64,000 bases of DNA. Source: Lingula anatina. Its lineage: Eukaryota; Animalia; Brachiopoda. The notes below the pieces were generated by a model. It did no database searches. It was not told where the DNA came from and was given only the letters and a program-made list of their open reading frames with translations. The position numbers and the translations under genes are program-made. The DNA lies in contig CM120645.1 of NCBI GenBank assembly GCA_051362555.1, forward strand, positions 9,114,001 through 9,178,000, in the 5' to 3' direction. Positions 11,684 through 22,190 of this stretch are shown one piece after another. Each line of letters starts with the position of its first letter. The stretch's first letter is position 1.

Positions 11684-12623
11684 TTAAATCGCGTGTTGTT
11701 CCATCAGCATATGCAACGGAGGTGCAGGAAGCGACTCGTTCAACGCTAGTTGTTCTTGGGCCGTCAGCGCCTGCGCTTCAGGTCCTTGAACCGTCAGTGT
11801 GTCCGAGGTTGCTGTCAGCTCCACCGGGACATAAGTGATGGTCTCACAGTCGTTAGTACTATTGGCTGTTACCGTACGCTGATGAGCAGGGCTGTCCGGT
11901 GCTGAAATATGACTCAACTCAAGTTCATTTGACATGGGTTCATATAAAGCGTTATCACATTCCTCATTAGGTCCACTAGACCTTTTTAATTTCCTTTTAT
12001 TGACGTGATGGCGTTTTTTTAATTATTTCCCGCCAATTACATCGCCGATACCCACATATTACAATCAGAATCACCCCAATCACAATGAGGGAACCAGTGG
12101 TTGTTCCAATTACTAATTGTTGCCTAAATTTGTTAGCAAAAAATATCGAAAAGGGATTCGGTTCATCGCTTATTGGAGATAGCAATATCCGTTTAACTGG
12201 TTGTAAAGGTGTTAATTCGTCAGGTTTCATGATGTGCAAAGGTACGCTAGCCGGAATAATATTTTGCACCTGCAAAGGTTTTATATCATTTACCATGAGT
12301 GCCTTAACGCTTACTTTGCCCATCCGTTGTTTTAAACCCGGTAGTGTGAAGTTGGTGGCCGTGATGGAACAGCCGTCACTTACATGTATCAGGTAAACCC
12401 CTGGCCATAGGGTATGTGACACAGCAGGTGACCGTGGACACCGTGTATATATTGTTTCCCCCGAAGTGGTAAGCGCGTAATCCCCTAACGCTAACTCTAC
12501 TGCCTGCGACTGTACATACCTAGTTAATTCTATTTCACATGCTTGCCTATGTTTCACCTGCCCGGTGATTAAGGCCCTGGAGCATAATTCTATTGAGCTG
12601 TTCCTAACACTGTAAGTGATCTG
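11684..12623 (-). pseudogene. env: C-terminal half of an env-like fusion glycoprotein (errantivirus/baculovirus-F-like pattern), N-terminally deleted and frameshifted
   Basis: Open frame from 12623: ...SIELCSRALITGQ...ACEIE...CPRS...GVYLIHVSDGCSITATNFTLPG...; TM helix LVIGTTTGSLIVIGVILIVICGY followed by RR. Removing one A from the A7 run at 12014-12020 fuses ORF 11997-12557 with ORF 11684-11935 into one cytoplasmic tail (KKRHHVNKRKLKR...LYEPMSNE...). Confidence 0.65.
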
Positions 12624-12800
12624 TCATACTAATAACGGGTTGTGTACTTTTTACTAATCTACATGTAGGTCTACCAGTCATCGAACATAATTTCTTAAAC
12701 ACAGAGTAATAAAGCAGAGGGGTAGGCCTACTAGCTCCCGTGTCAACTATAATGCTAAACAAGGTTCCCCATTTAAAGATACTCTAACCCCTATACATGC
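12603..12800 (-). pseudogene. Frameshifted retroviral aspartic protease remnant
   Basis: Minus strand reads ...VRVSLNGEPCLAL/(frameshift)/VDTGASRPTPLLYYSVFKKLCSMTGRPTCRLVKSTQPVISMTD/(frameshift)/LTVLG, then runs directly into env sequence. DTG motif at ~12736-12744. Confidence 0.7.
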
Positions 12801-12844
12801 CTTCTTACGCCTCTCTGCTTGAACTAGTTACAATGGTCAATAGG

Positions 12845-13879
12845 TTACTGTTTCTTACATGAAGTTTTGAGTTGGTAACATTCCGCCTTTACATGGCCTA
12901 CTTTACCACAATAAAAACATTTTATCGGTCCGTCCGCCGTCCACCCCTTACTGTCCTTCGACGATTGTGGCGATTTGCGTGGGTGCTGTCTTGTGTTGGA
13001 TGACGTCATCGGTGGCTCGCGTTGAGCTGCGCTTTTCAACGCGGATAAGATCGACTCTTTTAGTTCTGTAGCCCATCGTGGTACTTGATCCACAGGTTGT
13101 GTCGCCCCGATTTCCATTGGCTCCTCTATGCGGCGTTGAGTGTTGCTATTACGGTCTCCGTAGACGGTCTGGAATAGGAGATCACCCACCTCTTCATTGT
13201 CCACGTATCTCATAGCTTCTTGCAACGTCGACGGTCGTCCCTTCCGTATCATGTCTCTAGCGAGGCGAATCTCATGCAGGCCCCGCGTATAAGCCTTAAT
13301 TAACAGGCGTTCCGCTTCCTCGGATCGGGGAAGTGGGTATGCTTTACGCGCCACGTCTCTAAAGCGACGATTATAGGACACCGTGTTCTCAAATTGGGAT
13401 TGTTTTATTCGTTCCAATTCGGCTCGAATACAACTAGTTTCATCGGCGGAAAGAAAGACCCGTCGAATATGGTTTCTTAGCACTGTCCAGTCCGTTCCAA
13501 AATACTCTGGCTGTTGATTTAAGAAATAATCTATCTCACCTGCCATTGACCCTTGTGCCGTCTGCAGTGCCAGTTTGATTGTGGCGTGTTCAATTTCCTC
13601 CGTCCGGGGAATTGTTTGTTCAATTTGGTCAATCCAGTCTCTTGTGTCGTCTGGAATGGACCCATCACAGGGTTTAATCGCCCGGCACAGGACATCCAAT
13701 TTTGTCTGGTGCTCACCCTCTATTTTCATGCGTTCTATTCTCGCATTTCGAGCGTCCTCCGCTCGCCATCGCTCTTGCATCAAATTTCTCCATTGTCCAT
13801 CCTCTTGGTGCGCCTGCACCGTTGTTTTTGCTAAAGCTGCAACTCCGGCGGACAGTTGCTGAAGAGAATCTGGATTCAT
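12845..13879 (-). CDS. gag: Gag protein of the nested element (capsid-like region plus CCHC zinc knuckle)
   Basis: Uninterrupted 344-aa ORF; MHR-like IKQSQFENTVSYNRRFRD, RPSTLQEAM, EPMEIG linker, CFYCGKVGHVKAEC. ATG lies about 35 nt after the PBS. Confidence 0.9.
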   Translation of the reverse strand: MNPDSLQQLSAGVAALAKTTVQAHQEDGQWRNLMQERWRAEDARNARIERMKIEGEHQTKLDVLCRAIKPCDGSIPDDTRDWIDQIEQTIPRTEEIEHATIKLALQTAQGSMAGEIDYFLNQQPEYFGTDWTVLRNHIRRVFLSADETSCIRAELERIKQSQFENTVSYNRRFRDVARKAYPLPRSEEAERLLIKAYTRGLHEIRLARDMIRKGRPSTLQEAMRYVDNEEVGDLLFQTVYGDRNSNTQRRIEEPMEIGATQPVDQVPRWATELKESILSALKSAAQREPPMTSSNTRQHPRKSPQSSKDSKGWTADGPIKCFYCGKVGHVKAECYQLKTSCKKQ

Positions 13880-13903
13880 TTTGTTAGATCGCTAAAAATT
13901 AAG

Positions 13904-13922
13904 TCCTGAAAAGAGCTCGCCA
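13904..13922 (-). promoter_or_regulatory. Primer binding site of the nested element (tRNA-Arg(ACG)-like, interrupted)
   Basis: Minus strand TGGCGAGC-TCTTTT-CAGGA, 2 nt after the 5' LTR. The vertebrate-type tRNA-Arg(ACG) PBS is TGGCGAGC-CAGC-CAGGA (from recall). Confidence 0.6.
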
Positions 13923-13924
13923 AT

Positions 13925-14465
13925 TGTTAAGTCTCAATCTTCGTCAGTTAGACTTTACGGGAAAATAATGTAACGTTCGTTAACGCGCCGGTTCTTGGGC
14001 CTTGTTGTTGTGCGCCCAGCTGATCAAGTCAAATGAACAAGATTCTCTTTTGATGCACGTGGAAATTTAATACGGTCTGTTGGAAAATATACATAGGTTT
14101 CGTTTACATAGTAACTAGCAGTCCAAAAGGTATAACGATACCGTCAAAGCCAAAATACGATATGTCCTCATCTTAGAAGAGGGCAGCCTTTATAGATCAT
14201 TCAGGAATTTTAATAATTCAGGAAGAAATACACTTGACTGAGCGCAGTCCTTTCGTCTCCGGCTCTGCCTCCACTCAGTCACCGTGTTTCCTGGATCATT
14301 TTTACCCCTCCCAGCCTTCAAAGGCATTCCTGAATTTTATCTCAGGTCACAATCATTCCCGAATGTCTATTGACTGTCCCCTTCTAAGTTTATCTTAAGA
14401 TAGGAATATTATTTTAATTTTAAGTATTTACGTCACTAATAAAATACCCAAAGTGGTATTTTACA
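13925..14465 (-). repeat. 5' LTR of the nested element
   Basis: Direct repeat of 10626-11166, adjacent to the PBS. Confidence 0.95.
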
Positions 14466-16969
14466 ATATGTCATCAATTTAAATGTTATACGCAAGTTCA
14501 TCAATTTCTGCAAAATGAACTAAAATAATACTGAAAGAAAATAATGATTATCTTCCTTAAATACTTCATTTCTACCACAAAGTCATGCAAAAATATAACT
14601 AAGAAAAGTAATTCTATATAATTAACTTATACATAAAGTTAAAAACACATTCGACATGAAACTAAAATATATAACCTGAAGGAAGATAATGTAATAACTT
14701 TTTAAGAAAATGCAATTCTTCGTGGATATAGTTCGTATTGTCATTTACACCATTTAATGTGTGGTCCAATAGCACAGATACTTTTTGTTTGTTTTCTCAT
14801 GCGGATATTTAAACCTGTTGCTCTCTTATTATGGTCTCTCTTTTATTGGTTGTCATTTTAGATATAGTAGGAATGCATTAAGTGAGACAATTGGGCGGTA
14901 CCTTCCCTGTCTAATGAGCAGTATTCACCACAACGTTGCGACCAGCGCATCGTTCATGACGAAGTACCTGTTCATCTTCATATTTGTCTACACTCTAGCT
15001 ATCCTCTGTGATGACTATAAGAGAAACACTTGATCATATCAAATTCAATCCACGAATTTTATAAAATTATACCGATAAATAATTAAGTCGCAAAATGTGA
15101 GAATCTTCCTTAATGCATATCATCAGTTTCATGTCATCATTATTAAAAATCAAATACACTTTTTATATAACAATAATCATCTGTTCAAATATCGATAACC
15201 AACAATCATAAGGTCAATATGCAATATGTTATTAACATGCAGTAACATTGTAAAGTAATTAAAATAAAGCATGCTAATAAATAATTACCATGGTTAACAC
15301 ACAATAAAATGTTCATTATTATATATCATAGTACATAGTGATTAAAAATTAATAATAATATTCATCAGAGCTTAATTGTCATGTTAATTCCGTGCATCTC
15401 GCACAATCTCAATGATAATAATCTGAAATGTCTGAAATCATTGAAGTAACAATAAGAATGAATCATAAAGTCATTCATATGTTGTGATCGTACACACACT
15501 TCTTATACCAAAAGTTCACTCGCAAAGATTAATGCGTTATGTCAATTATAGACACGTGTAGCAAGTCAAGTCAAATTTAGATTGGATTAAAATTAATCTG
15601 CATTGTGATTATATGTTTCGAACTGAATACAGAAAAGTGTACAAGCATGTTTAATGCGCAAACATGTACAATATTCGTTCTTGAATAATTTTCTGGGATA
15701 ACTCATTCTAAAATAACGTTTTTTTGTTTATCATAATGTTTATATTTGTCAAGCCATGCCAATGTTTTGACAGATGTAGTCTGTAGATACAATTACTTAA
15801 ATGAACTTTTTTAAATTATTATAGTTATTACTTCACTTTGTAATATGAATGGATCTGTGGTTCTAAGTTTCTTCGGCTTATTAATTAATTTTGTTGCGAA
15901 ATTTTATGATCACTACGGTATAATAAGCACTATATCGTTTACGTATACTTATTTTTAGCAAAGCCACTACTAATGCCAATTGTTTGTCCTTGATATACAG
16001 ACCAAATTTCATTGTGAGCAATAAGCTCTATGTCTCGAATAAATTTAAACTAGTATTTGAGATTAATCATCTGTAGAAAATATTTCGTTTGTTAGAATAG
16101 CATCTGCCATACAAGTATAAATTTGCTCTTGTCTCTCTCTGTTGTTTGAGTCACTTTCATAATCTCAAATAATCACTAACATTATTGGCAAGAACATGAA
16201 GAAAAATTGTTGAAATAGGGTTTAATAAATAAATCATTGCGTTTCATGTCGAAAATATGCATATTGAATGGAAATACTGCCACAACCCAATATTTATGTG
16301 ATGTTGCTGTGCTATCTTTAGTGTTGTTTTGACAACTTAACACTTGGTTGGAAAATAAAAAATTCATCTTAGTTCACACTGCAGTAGCAAAAAAATTTGA
16401 TTGACACATTAATGACAACTATTTAAAGAGGTCGTTGTTCTAGGGCATTCCGGGGTAATGTCAGCGACTGACTTGTCAAAACATCTCGTCTTTATTTTGT
16501 CAGTTTACTATGCCTTCCATTATGATGTGGCGTTAACCTTGTGATAACTTGTATAACATCGTTCGGATGTAACGTTTACTCATATGAATAAAATCAATGT
16601 TCTTTGTTAAACAGTTCTTCAGAAACAAAATTGTCTACACTCAACACCGCTGAGCGTGCTGATGCTGCCACAACATTACAGTGAGAATTCATAGAATCAT
16701 CATTTCAAAAGGTCTATGCTCTTGGATTTTTCCAGTGCATATCGCTTTAACTTCGCCTCTTTTAGAAAAAGATAGGAAATAAAATAGATACAATAGATAA
16801 GAATACAGCAAACCGGTTTGCGTTTAAGGTTCAGTCTAAGCTGTATGACTGTTTTTCCAAAATATACATTTGACCTTTGTATACTTTTTTTACAATGTGT
16901 AAGTGTACCATCTTTTTATTTACCAGTGTATCGATTATCGAACTCGTCTCGAAGAGATGTGTTTCCTCT

Positions 16970-19900
16970 TTAATTTCTACGTTTTCTTCGTCTTCCTTGT
17001 AACGTCTTATTGATATGATAATCTCTTTTTAATGCATCTGAAATATTTTCTTCAGGTTCCCAGGAAGTGTTCTTATAACCCTTCCATTTTACTTTGTAAT
17101 GTCTCTTTGCGTTTATATTCTTACAACACAACAATTTTTCTACTTCATAATATTCGTACGCGTCTTGCTTACTGTCCGATGCAAAATCCGCTTTTTCTGT
17201 GTCATGAATGTCTCTATCTTGTGTTTCACTGGTCGTTTTATTCCCATTTGATTTGTTGTCTTGTTCATAATTACTTTCATTCAGCCTTTTGTATTTATTG
17301 TAATCTTTAGGGTCATAATACATTTTCAATCTATTTGCATGAACAGGCGATTTATGTTCCTTGTGTGTTTTACAATCTCTCAAATAATACGTGCACCCTG
17401 TTGATAATATCTTTGTAATGTAATATGGTCCTTTGTATTTGATGTACAGTTTAGAACTTAATCCTTTAGGTGTCATTGGCGTATATATCCAAACTCTATC
17501 ACCTACTTTATAAATCGGTTGCTTTGACTTTAGGTCATACCTTTCTTTATACTGTTTCTGAGTTGCTTCCCTATTCTTTGTTGCAATTTCTTTTGCCGTT
17601 TTAAGGGTATCTTTCAATTCTTCAATGTACTGAGGTAAATTTTTATTCTCATGATGTTCAGGGATTAAATCACTATCCAATGGCGTACGCATTTCTCGTC
17701 CAAAAACTAAATAATAAGGAGAAAACTTTGTAGACTGTGTACAAGGAGTTGCACGTAATGCCATCATTACTCCTGGAAGGATATCAGGCCAATTAGTTTG
17801 ATCTTTCTCACAGTATGCTCTCAAAGTTTGAGCAATTATTGAATTAGTTCTTTCACAGGCTGCATTGCTTTGTGGATGCCATGCGCTAGTATGATAGCGC
17901 TTGATATGGAATAATTTACACAGCGATTGAATAATTTGAGACAAAAAATTCTTTCCTCGATCAGAAACGAGATATGACGGACAACCATATCTTGTAAACA
18001 CTTCTCTGTAAAGAGTCTTGGCGATTTCTTTGGCTTCCTGAGTTTTCAAAGGTATTGCTTCAGCAAAATTAGAAAAAGAACACGTTACCAACAAAATGTA
18101 CTTATATCCTTCTTTTGATTTGATTAAGGGACCTAATATATCCATATGCATTCTTTCAAACACGCCTGCGATGGGTAAAGGATTCAAAGGTGCTGGAGCA
18201 TCTCTACGCAAATGCTTAACCTTTTGACACACTTCACATGATTTGACGTACTCCATGACGTCTTTATAAAGTGACTTCCAAAAATACTTATTCCTAATGG
18301 AGGCAAAAGTTCTGTCGCAACCTTGATGACCACCGGCTGTTAATGAATCATGATATGCATGTAAAACATCACTCCTTAGTGTTACTGGAATTGCTAATTG
18401 TCTTATTATTCTCATCTTTACTGGCATTCCCCGTGTACGAGGTTGATACAGATGATACAAAATATCATCTATCATTACATATTGTTCTGATTCTGCGATG
18501 ATTTTACGCGCTTGTTTTAAATCACTAGGTAAATCACTTTGTTCTAGGTAACGTATTATATCTTGAAACTCGAGGCATTCGCGTTGATCTTGTTTTAATT
18601 TCTCTTTATTGTTTACATTTGTTACATCAACACTGTTCATGTTATCATATTCACTTAAATCATGTTCAATTCTTTTATCTGTTTGTTTTGGTAAGAAAAG
18701 TTTAGCTTGGGTCCAATGTTTATCTTGACACATGTCAATATGACCTTTTCTTAACTGACTGTTGTTAACAGTATCCAAAACATTTACTGGTTCATATTCG
18801 CGTCTTGATAATGCGTCAGCTGGATTTGTTTTTCCAGGTCTGTGTATTATTTCAAAATCTAGGCCTTGTAATTTTAATGACCATCTGATAAGCCTGCCAG
18901 ATGTATGTTTAACATTTTGTAACCACGAAATCGCTTTATTATCTGTATACACTTTGAAGTGGTTGTTGGACAAATACTGTTCAAATTGTTTTATCCCTTC
19001 AATAACTGCCAAACATTCTAATTCATGAATTGTGTAGTTCTTTTCGGCGTTGTTTAAAGATCTACCTCCATACGCAATAACTCTATCATGGTTGCTGTCA
19101 TTCTTTTGACCTAAAATATAACCTATAGCTGTAGTAGATGCGTCCGTTGTTAGTGTAAACTCGCGCGACATATCTGGATAAGCCAGTATTGGTGGTGACA
19201 TTAACGCTTCTTTTAGTGTTTGAAATGACGCTTCACATTCAGGACTCCATAAGAATTGTACATCTTTCCTTAAAAGTTTATTTAAGGGATCTGCTATTTT
19301 ACTGAAGCCTTTTATAAATTTTCTGTAGAAGTTACACAATCCTAAAAAACTTCTAACGTCTCTTACAGATTTTGGCGTTGGAAACGATTTTATGGCTTCA
19401 AGATTTTTCTCGTCTGGTCTTATTCCATTTTTATCTATTACATGACCTAAATATTTAGCTTTTGGTGTTGCAAATTTACATTTTGATGGTTTAAGTCTGA
19501 GGTTTGCAGATCTTAGTTTTTGGAATACTTGATTTAAATGTTTTAAATGATCTTCAAATGTCTTACTCATGACCAAAATATCATCTATGTATATCAGTAT
19601 TGTTTTCCAATTCATGTCTCTAAAAATGTGACTCATTAAGGCTTGGAAGCTAACACCGGCGTTACGAAGGCCATACGCTAAACGTAAGAATTGGAAGTGT
19701 CCGTGGTGTGTGATGAACGCAGTCTTGTGTTTAGTTTCAGGGTCAAGAGGTAATTGCCAGTATGCACCTGCCATATCTAAACTAGAGAAATATCTAGCAC
19801 CTGATGTACCTATCGTTTCAAAAATATCTTCTAAACGAGGGAGTGGCCAGTGCATAGGTTTTGTGACTTTGTTCAACTTCCGGTAATCAATTGCGAATCT

Positions 19901-21964
19901 GTATTCTCCATTTTTCTTTTTTACAAGTACTACTGGACTACTGTACTCACTCATGCTTTCTTCGATTATACCGTGTTGTAACATTTCGTCTACTTGTTTG
20001 ACAATTTCATCTTTCAGCTTCGGTGACGTACGATAAAACGTTTGTTTCACAGGGATATCATTAATTGTGTCAATCCTATGTTGATACATATTTGCCGAAC
20101 CTAACTCTGATAGATTGGTAGCAAAAACCTCACGATTACGTCCTAACAACATTTTTAATTGTTGTTTCTGATCTTCACTCATGTCTGAATCGGCAAAGTT
20201 TATATTTAACTCATCTGCATTCCGCAATGCTTCTTGATCTGATAACCTATCACCTTTTTGTGTTGTATCTCCTTCTGACATTTCATTTAAAGCACTGACG
20301 CTTGCCAGACTCACTGAACTTGCAACAGCTAATATTGTTCTTTTGGGAATGAAAATACTTTCATCGCTAGGGTTCATTATTCTATAAGCGGATTTGCTTT
20401 TATCAATTGAAACCAAACATTTTGCTCCAATAAGTTTTTTCTTTGACTCGAGCTTTCGTACTGGTTCTAGTAAAGCTACTGAAACAGAGGAAGAATGTGA
20501 TATTTTCACTGGTATTAAGCATTCACATCTTGGTGGAATAAATTCTGATTTAAAGTTACGCACTAAACCTAATACGGGTGGACTATACAAAGGTAAGAGC
20601 AAATTATAATCAGGCAATGCCATGCTATCAGACGATAAATCAATTTTCACATTGTGTTTTCTTAAGAAATCTGTGCCTAATATCAAACCTCTTGGCAATT
20701 GACTAAATACGTGGACTTTATGTTTTATGATCACATCTCCAAAACAAAGAGGTAACTCTACTTTTCCTAGAACTTTAATCATAGATCCATCAACAACTGA
20801 AACTTCTTTTAATGACGGTTTTTCGTATTCATTTCGATCCTTTTTTCCTAATTTTGATAAAAGAGATTCTGATACACAAGATATGACTGCACCTGTGTCA
20901 ACCAAAGCATTGACATGTTGTTTGTCGATTTGGATTGATACTAGATTACTAGCTTGGTAATCGGAAATAATAGAAATTGGCACTTTTCTATCTTCAGTCT
21001 TGTTATAAAACCTTTTTCTTTTTCTTAGCCGTTTGTTTACACGTGCAGAATGACAGACTTTTTCTATGTGTCCTATTTTACCACAACAATTACAGTTAAA
21101 ATTGCGAGCAAAACAATTAGTTCTGAAATGTGTGTACTCACCACATCCTTGACACATCGGCCATTTTCTTATTTGATTTCGTTGTTGAGGATAGTTCGTA
21201 TGTCTAGCTGATGTTAATGTGTACTCTGAGCGTCGCAGATGCCTGTTGCGTTGGGGCATACGTCTGGCGTTGGGAGTGAATTTTCCTGGATATTCTGTAG
21301 GGCTCGCTCTTGGGTTTTCAAAGTTTGCTTCATTTCTAGTCTCACTTGGGTCTTGCAATAGATGGATTGCAGATTGTGCATTGACGGCGTCTTTAATTGC
21401 ACTCTGAAGTGTGTCTATTTTATCTGTTATCATTTTTATGTCATTTCGTTGACCTCTTCTCGTCGGCTGAACTGCGTTTTCTGCAATGCGCGCGTGGTGC
21501 ATAAGAGAATCAAAGTCTGTGGGCTCCCTCTGCAATACAAATGGGCGGATTTCGGGGAGTAACCCATTCATTACCACTGTAAAGGCTGTTTTCTCATCTA
21601 AACGCGCACGTTTGGCGTCGCGACGCATCGACTCAATGTAACTCTGTACTGGTTCTTCTGGCAGCTGTTGACGTCTGAAAAAATCTGAGGCTTTCTCCCA
21701 AGTTTCTCCGGATTTCAGTTCATATCGCTGTCGGAACTCGCGGACTAGCGATTTCCAGTCTTTTTGTACTTCCACTGTTAAACAATCGTACCAGTTTAAC
21801 ACTGTTGGATTCAGTAAGAGAGGAAATAAGGCGGTGATTTGTTCATCTTCTAGTTTTTTATACTGAGTATAGTTTTCAAATTGTTTTAACCACCTTTCTA
21901 CATCTTCGTTTGTGTTACCAGTAAACTTTTCTGGCGCTAAAGTCAAATCTGACAACATCTTCAT
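16970..21964 (-). CDS. gag-pol: Gag-Pol polyprotein: gag, two Cys/His knuckles, protease, RT, RNase H, integrase, chromodomain
   Basis: 1664-aa uninterrupted ORF: CNCCGKIGHIEKVC; ALVDTGA; YGLRNA and YIDD; TTDAS, ELECLA, YTDNK; HHCC (H..GGHQG..C..C), MDILG, SDRG, ERTN; GPY motif; C-terminal YEVEKLL...YKVKWKGY..TSWEPEENI chromodomain. Confidence 0.97.
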   Translation of the reverse strand: MKMLSDLTLAPEKFTGNTNEDVERWLKQFENYTQYKKLEDEQITALFPLLLNPTVLNWYDCLTVEVQKDWKSLVREFRQRYELKSGETWEKASDFFRRQQLPEEPVQSYIESMRRDAKRARLDEKTAFTVVMNGLLPEIRPFVLQREPTDFDSLMHHARIAENAVQPTRRGQRNDIKMITDKIDTLQSAIKDAVNAQSAIHLLQDPSETRNEANFENPRASPTEYPGKFTPNARRMPQRNRHLRRSEYTLTSARHTNYPQQRNQIRKWPMCQGCGEYTHFRTNCFARNFNCNCCGKIGHIEKVCHSARVNKRLRKRKRFYNKTEDRKVPISIISDYQASNLVSIQIDKQHVNALVDTGAVISCVSESLLSKLGKKDRNEYEKPSLKEVSVVDGSMIKVLGKVELPLCFGDVIIKHKVHVFSQLPRGLILGTDFLRKHNVKIDLSSDSMALPDYNLLLPLYSPPVLGLVRNFKSEFIPPRCECLIPVKISHSSSVSVALLEPVRKLESKKKLIGAKCLVSIDKSKSAYRIMNPSDESIFIPKRTILAVASSVSLASVSALNEMSEGDTTQKGDRLSDQEALRNADELNINFADSDMSEDQKQQLKMLLGRNREVFATNLSELGSANMYQHRIDTINDIPVKQTFYRTSPKLKDEIVKQVDEMLQHGIIEESMSEYSSPVVLVKKKNGEYRFAIDYRKLNKVTKPMHWPLPRLEDIFETIGTSGARYFSSLDMAGAYWQLPLDPETKHKTAFITHHGHFQFLRLAYGLRNAGVSFQALMSHIFRDMNWKTILIYIDDILVMSKTFEDHLKHLNQVFQKLRSANLRLKPSKCKFATPKAKYLGHVIDKNGIRPDEKNLEAIKSFPTPKSVRDVRSFLGLCNFYRKFIKGFSKIADPLNKLLRKDVQFLWSPECEASFQTLKEALMSPPILAYPDMSREFTLTTDASTTAIGYILGQKNDSNHDRVIAYGGRSLNNAEKNYTIHELECLAVIEGIKQFEQYLSNNHFKVYTDNKAISWLQNVKHTSGRLIRWSLKLQGLDFEIIHRPGKTNPADALSRREYEPVNVLDTVNNSQLRKGHIDMCQDKHWTQAKLFLPKQTDKRIEHDLSEYDNMNSVDVTNVNNKEKLKQDQRECLEFQDIIRYLEQSDLPSDLKQARKIIAESEQYVMIDDILYHLYQPRTRGMPVKMRIIRQLAIPVTLRSDVLHAYHDSLTAGGHQGCDRTFASIRNKYFWKSLYKDVMEYVKSCEVCQKVKHLRRDAPAPLNPLPIAGVFERMHMDILGPLIKSKEGYKYILLVTCSFSNFAEAIPLKTQEAKEIAKTLYREVFTRYGCPSYLVSDRGKNFLSQIIQSLCKLFHIKRYHTSAWHPQSNAACERTNSIIAQTLRAYCEKDQTNWPDILPGVMMALRATPCTQSTKFSPYYLVFGREMRTPLDSDLIPEHHENKNLPQYIEELKDTLKTAKEIATKNREATQKQYKERYDLKSKQPIYKVGDRVWIYTPMTPKGLSSKLYIKYKGPYYITKILSTGCTYYLRDCKTHKEHKSPVHANRLKMYYDPKDYNKYKRLNESNYEQDNKSNGNKTTSETQDRDIHDTEKADFASDSKQDAYEYYEVEKLLCCKNINAKRHYKVKWKGYKNTSWEPEENISDALKRDYHINKTLQGRRRKRRN

Positions 21965-22157
21965 TTTTTTTTTTTTTTAGTTTTTTACTTGTTGCTGGCA
22001 GTAATGGCTTCTGGTTATTTTCATTACTCAGCATACTTGGTTTTCTCTGCACTGGGACATTGACGATGTTTGCCCCTGGGTGGATGGTGTGAACCCATCG
22101 GTGTCTACGCTCCTGCCGCCGTGATCACCATAACTGTATCACCGTTCCGCTTGTCTC

Positions 22158-22188
22158 GGTAGAGCGGGGATCGTTTTTTCCTCCACCA
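22158..22188 (-). promoter_or_regulatory. Primer binding site of the outer element (tRNA-Ala-like, extended/split)
   Basis: Minus strand TGGTGGAGGA starts 2 nt after the 5' LTR end; + strand reads GGTAGAGCG-GGGATCG-tttttt-CCTCCACCA. Confidence 0.75.
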
Positions 22189-22190
22189 CT

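Larger units (their letters stand above)
10626..14465 (-). mobile_element. Nested non-autonomous LTR retroelement (intact gag, protease stub, truncated env, no RT/IN)
   Basis: 541-bp TG...CA direct repeats at 10626-11166 and 13925-14465; 4-bp TSD ATAT (10622-10625 / 14466-14469); PBS TGGCGAGC; gag ORF with CCHC knuckle. Confidence 0.95.

Noticed and set aside
12605-12620. Acceptor-like atcacttacag that could splice in the env fragment
   Set aside because: It lies inside the protease remnant at the deletion junction; the env half lacks a signal peptide and fusion peptide and is frameshifted.
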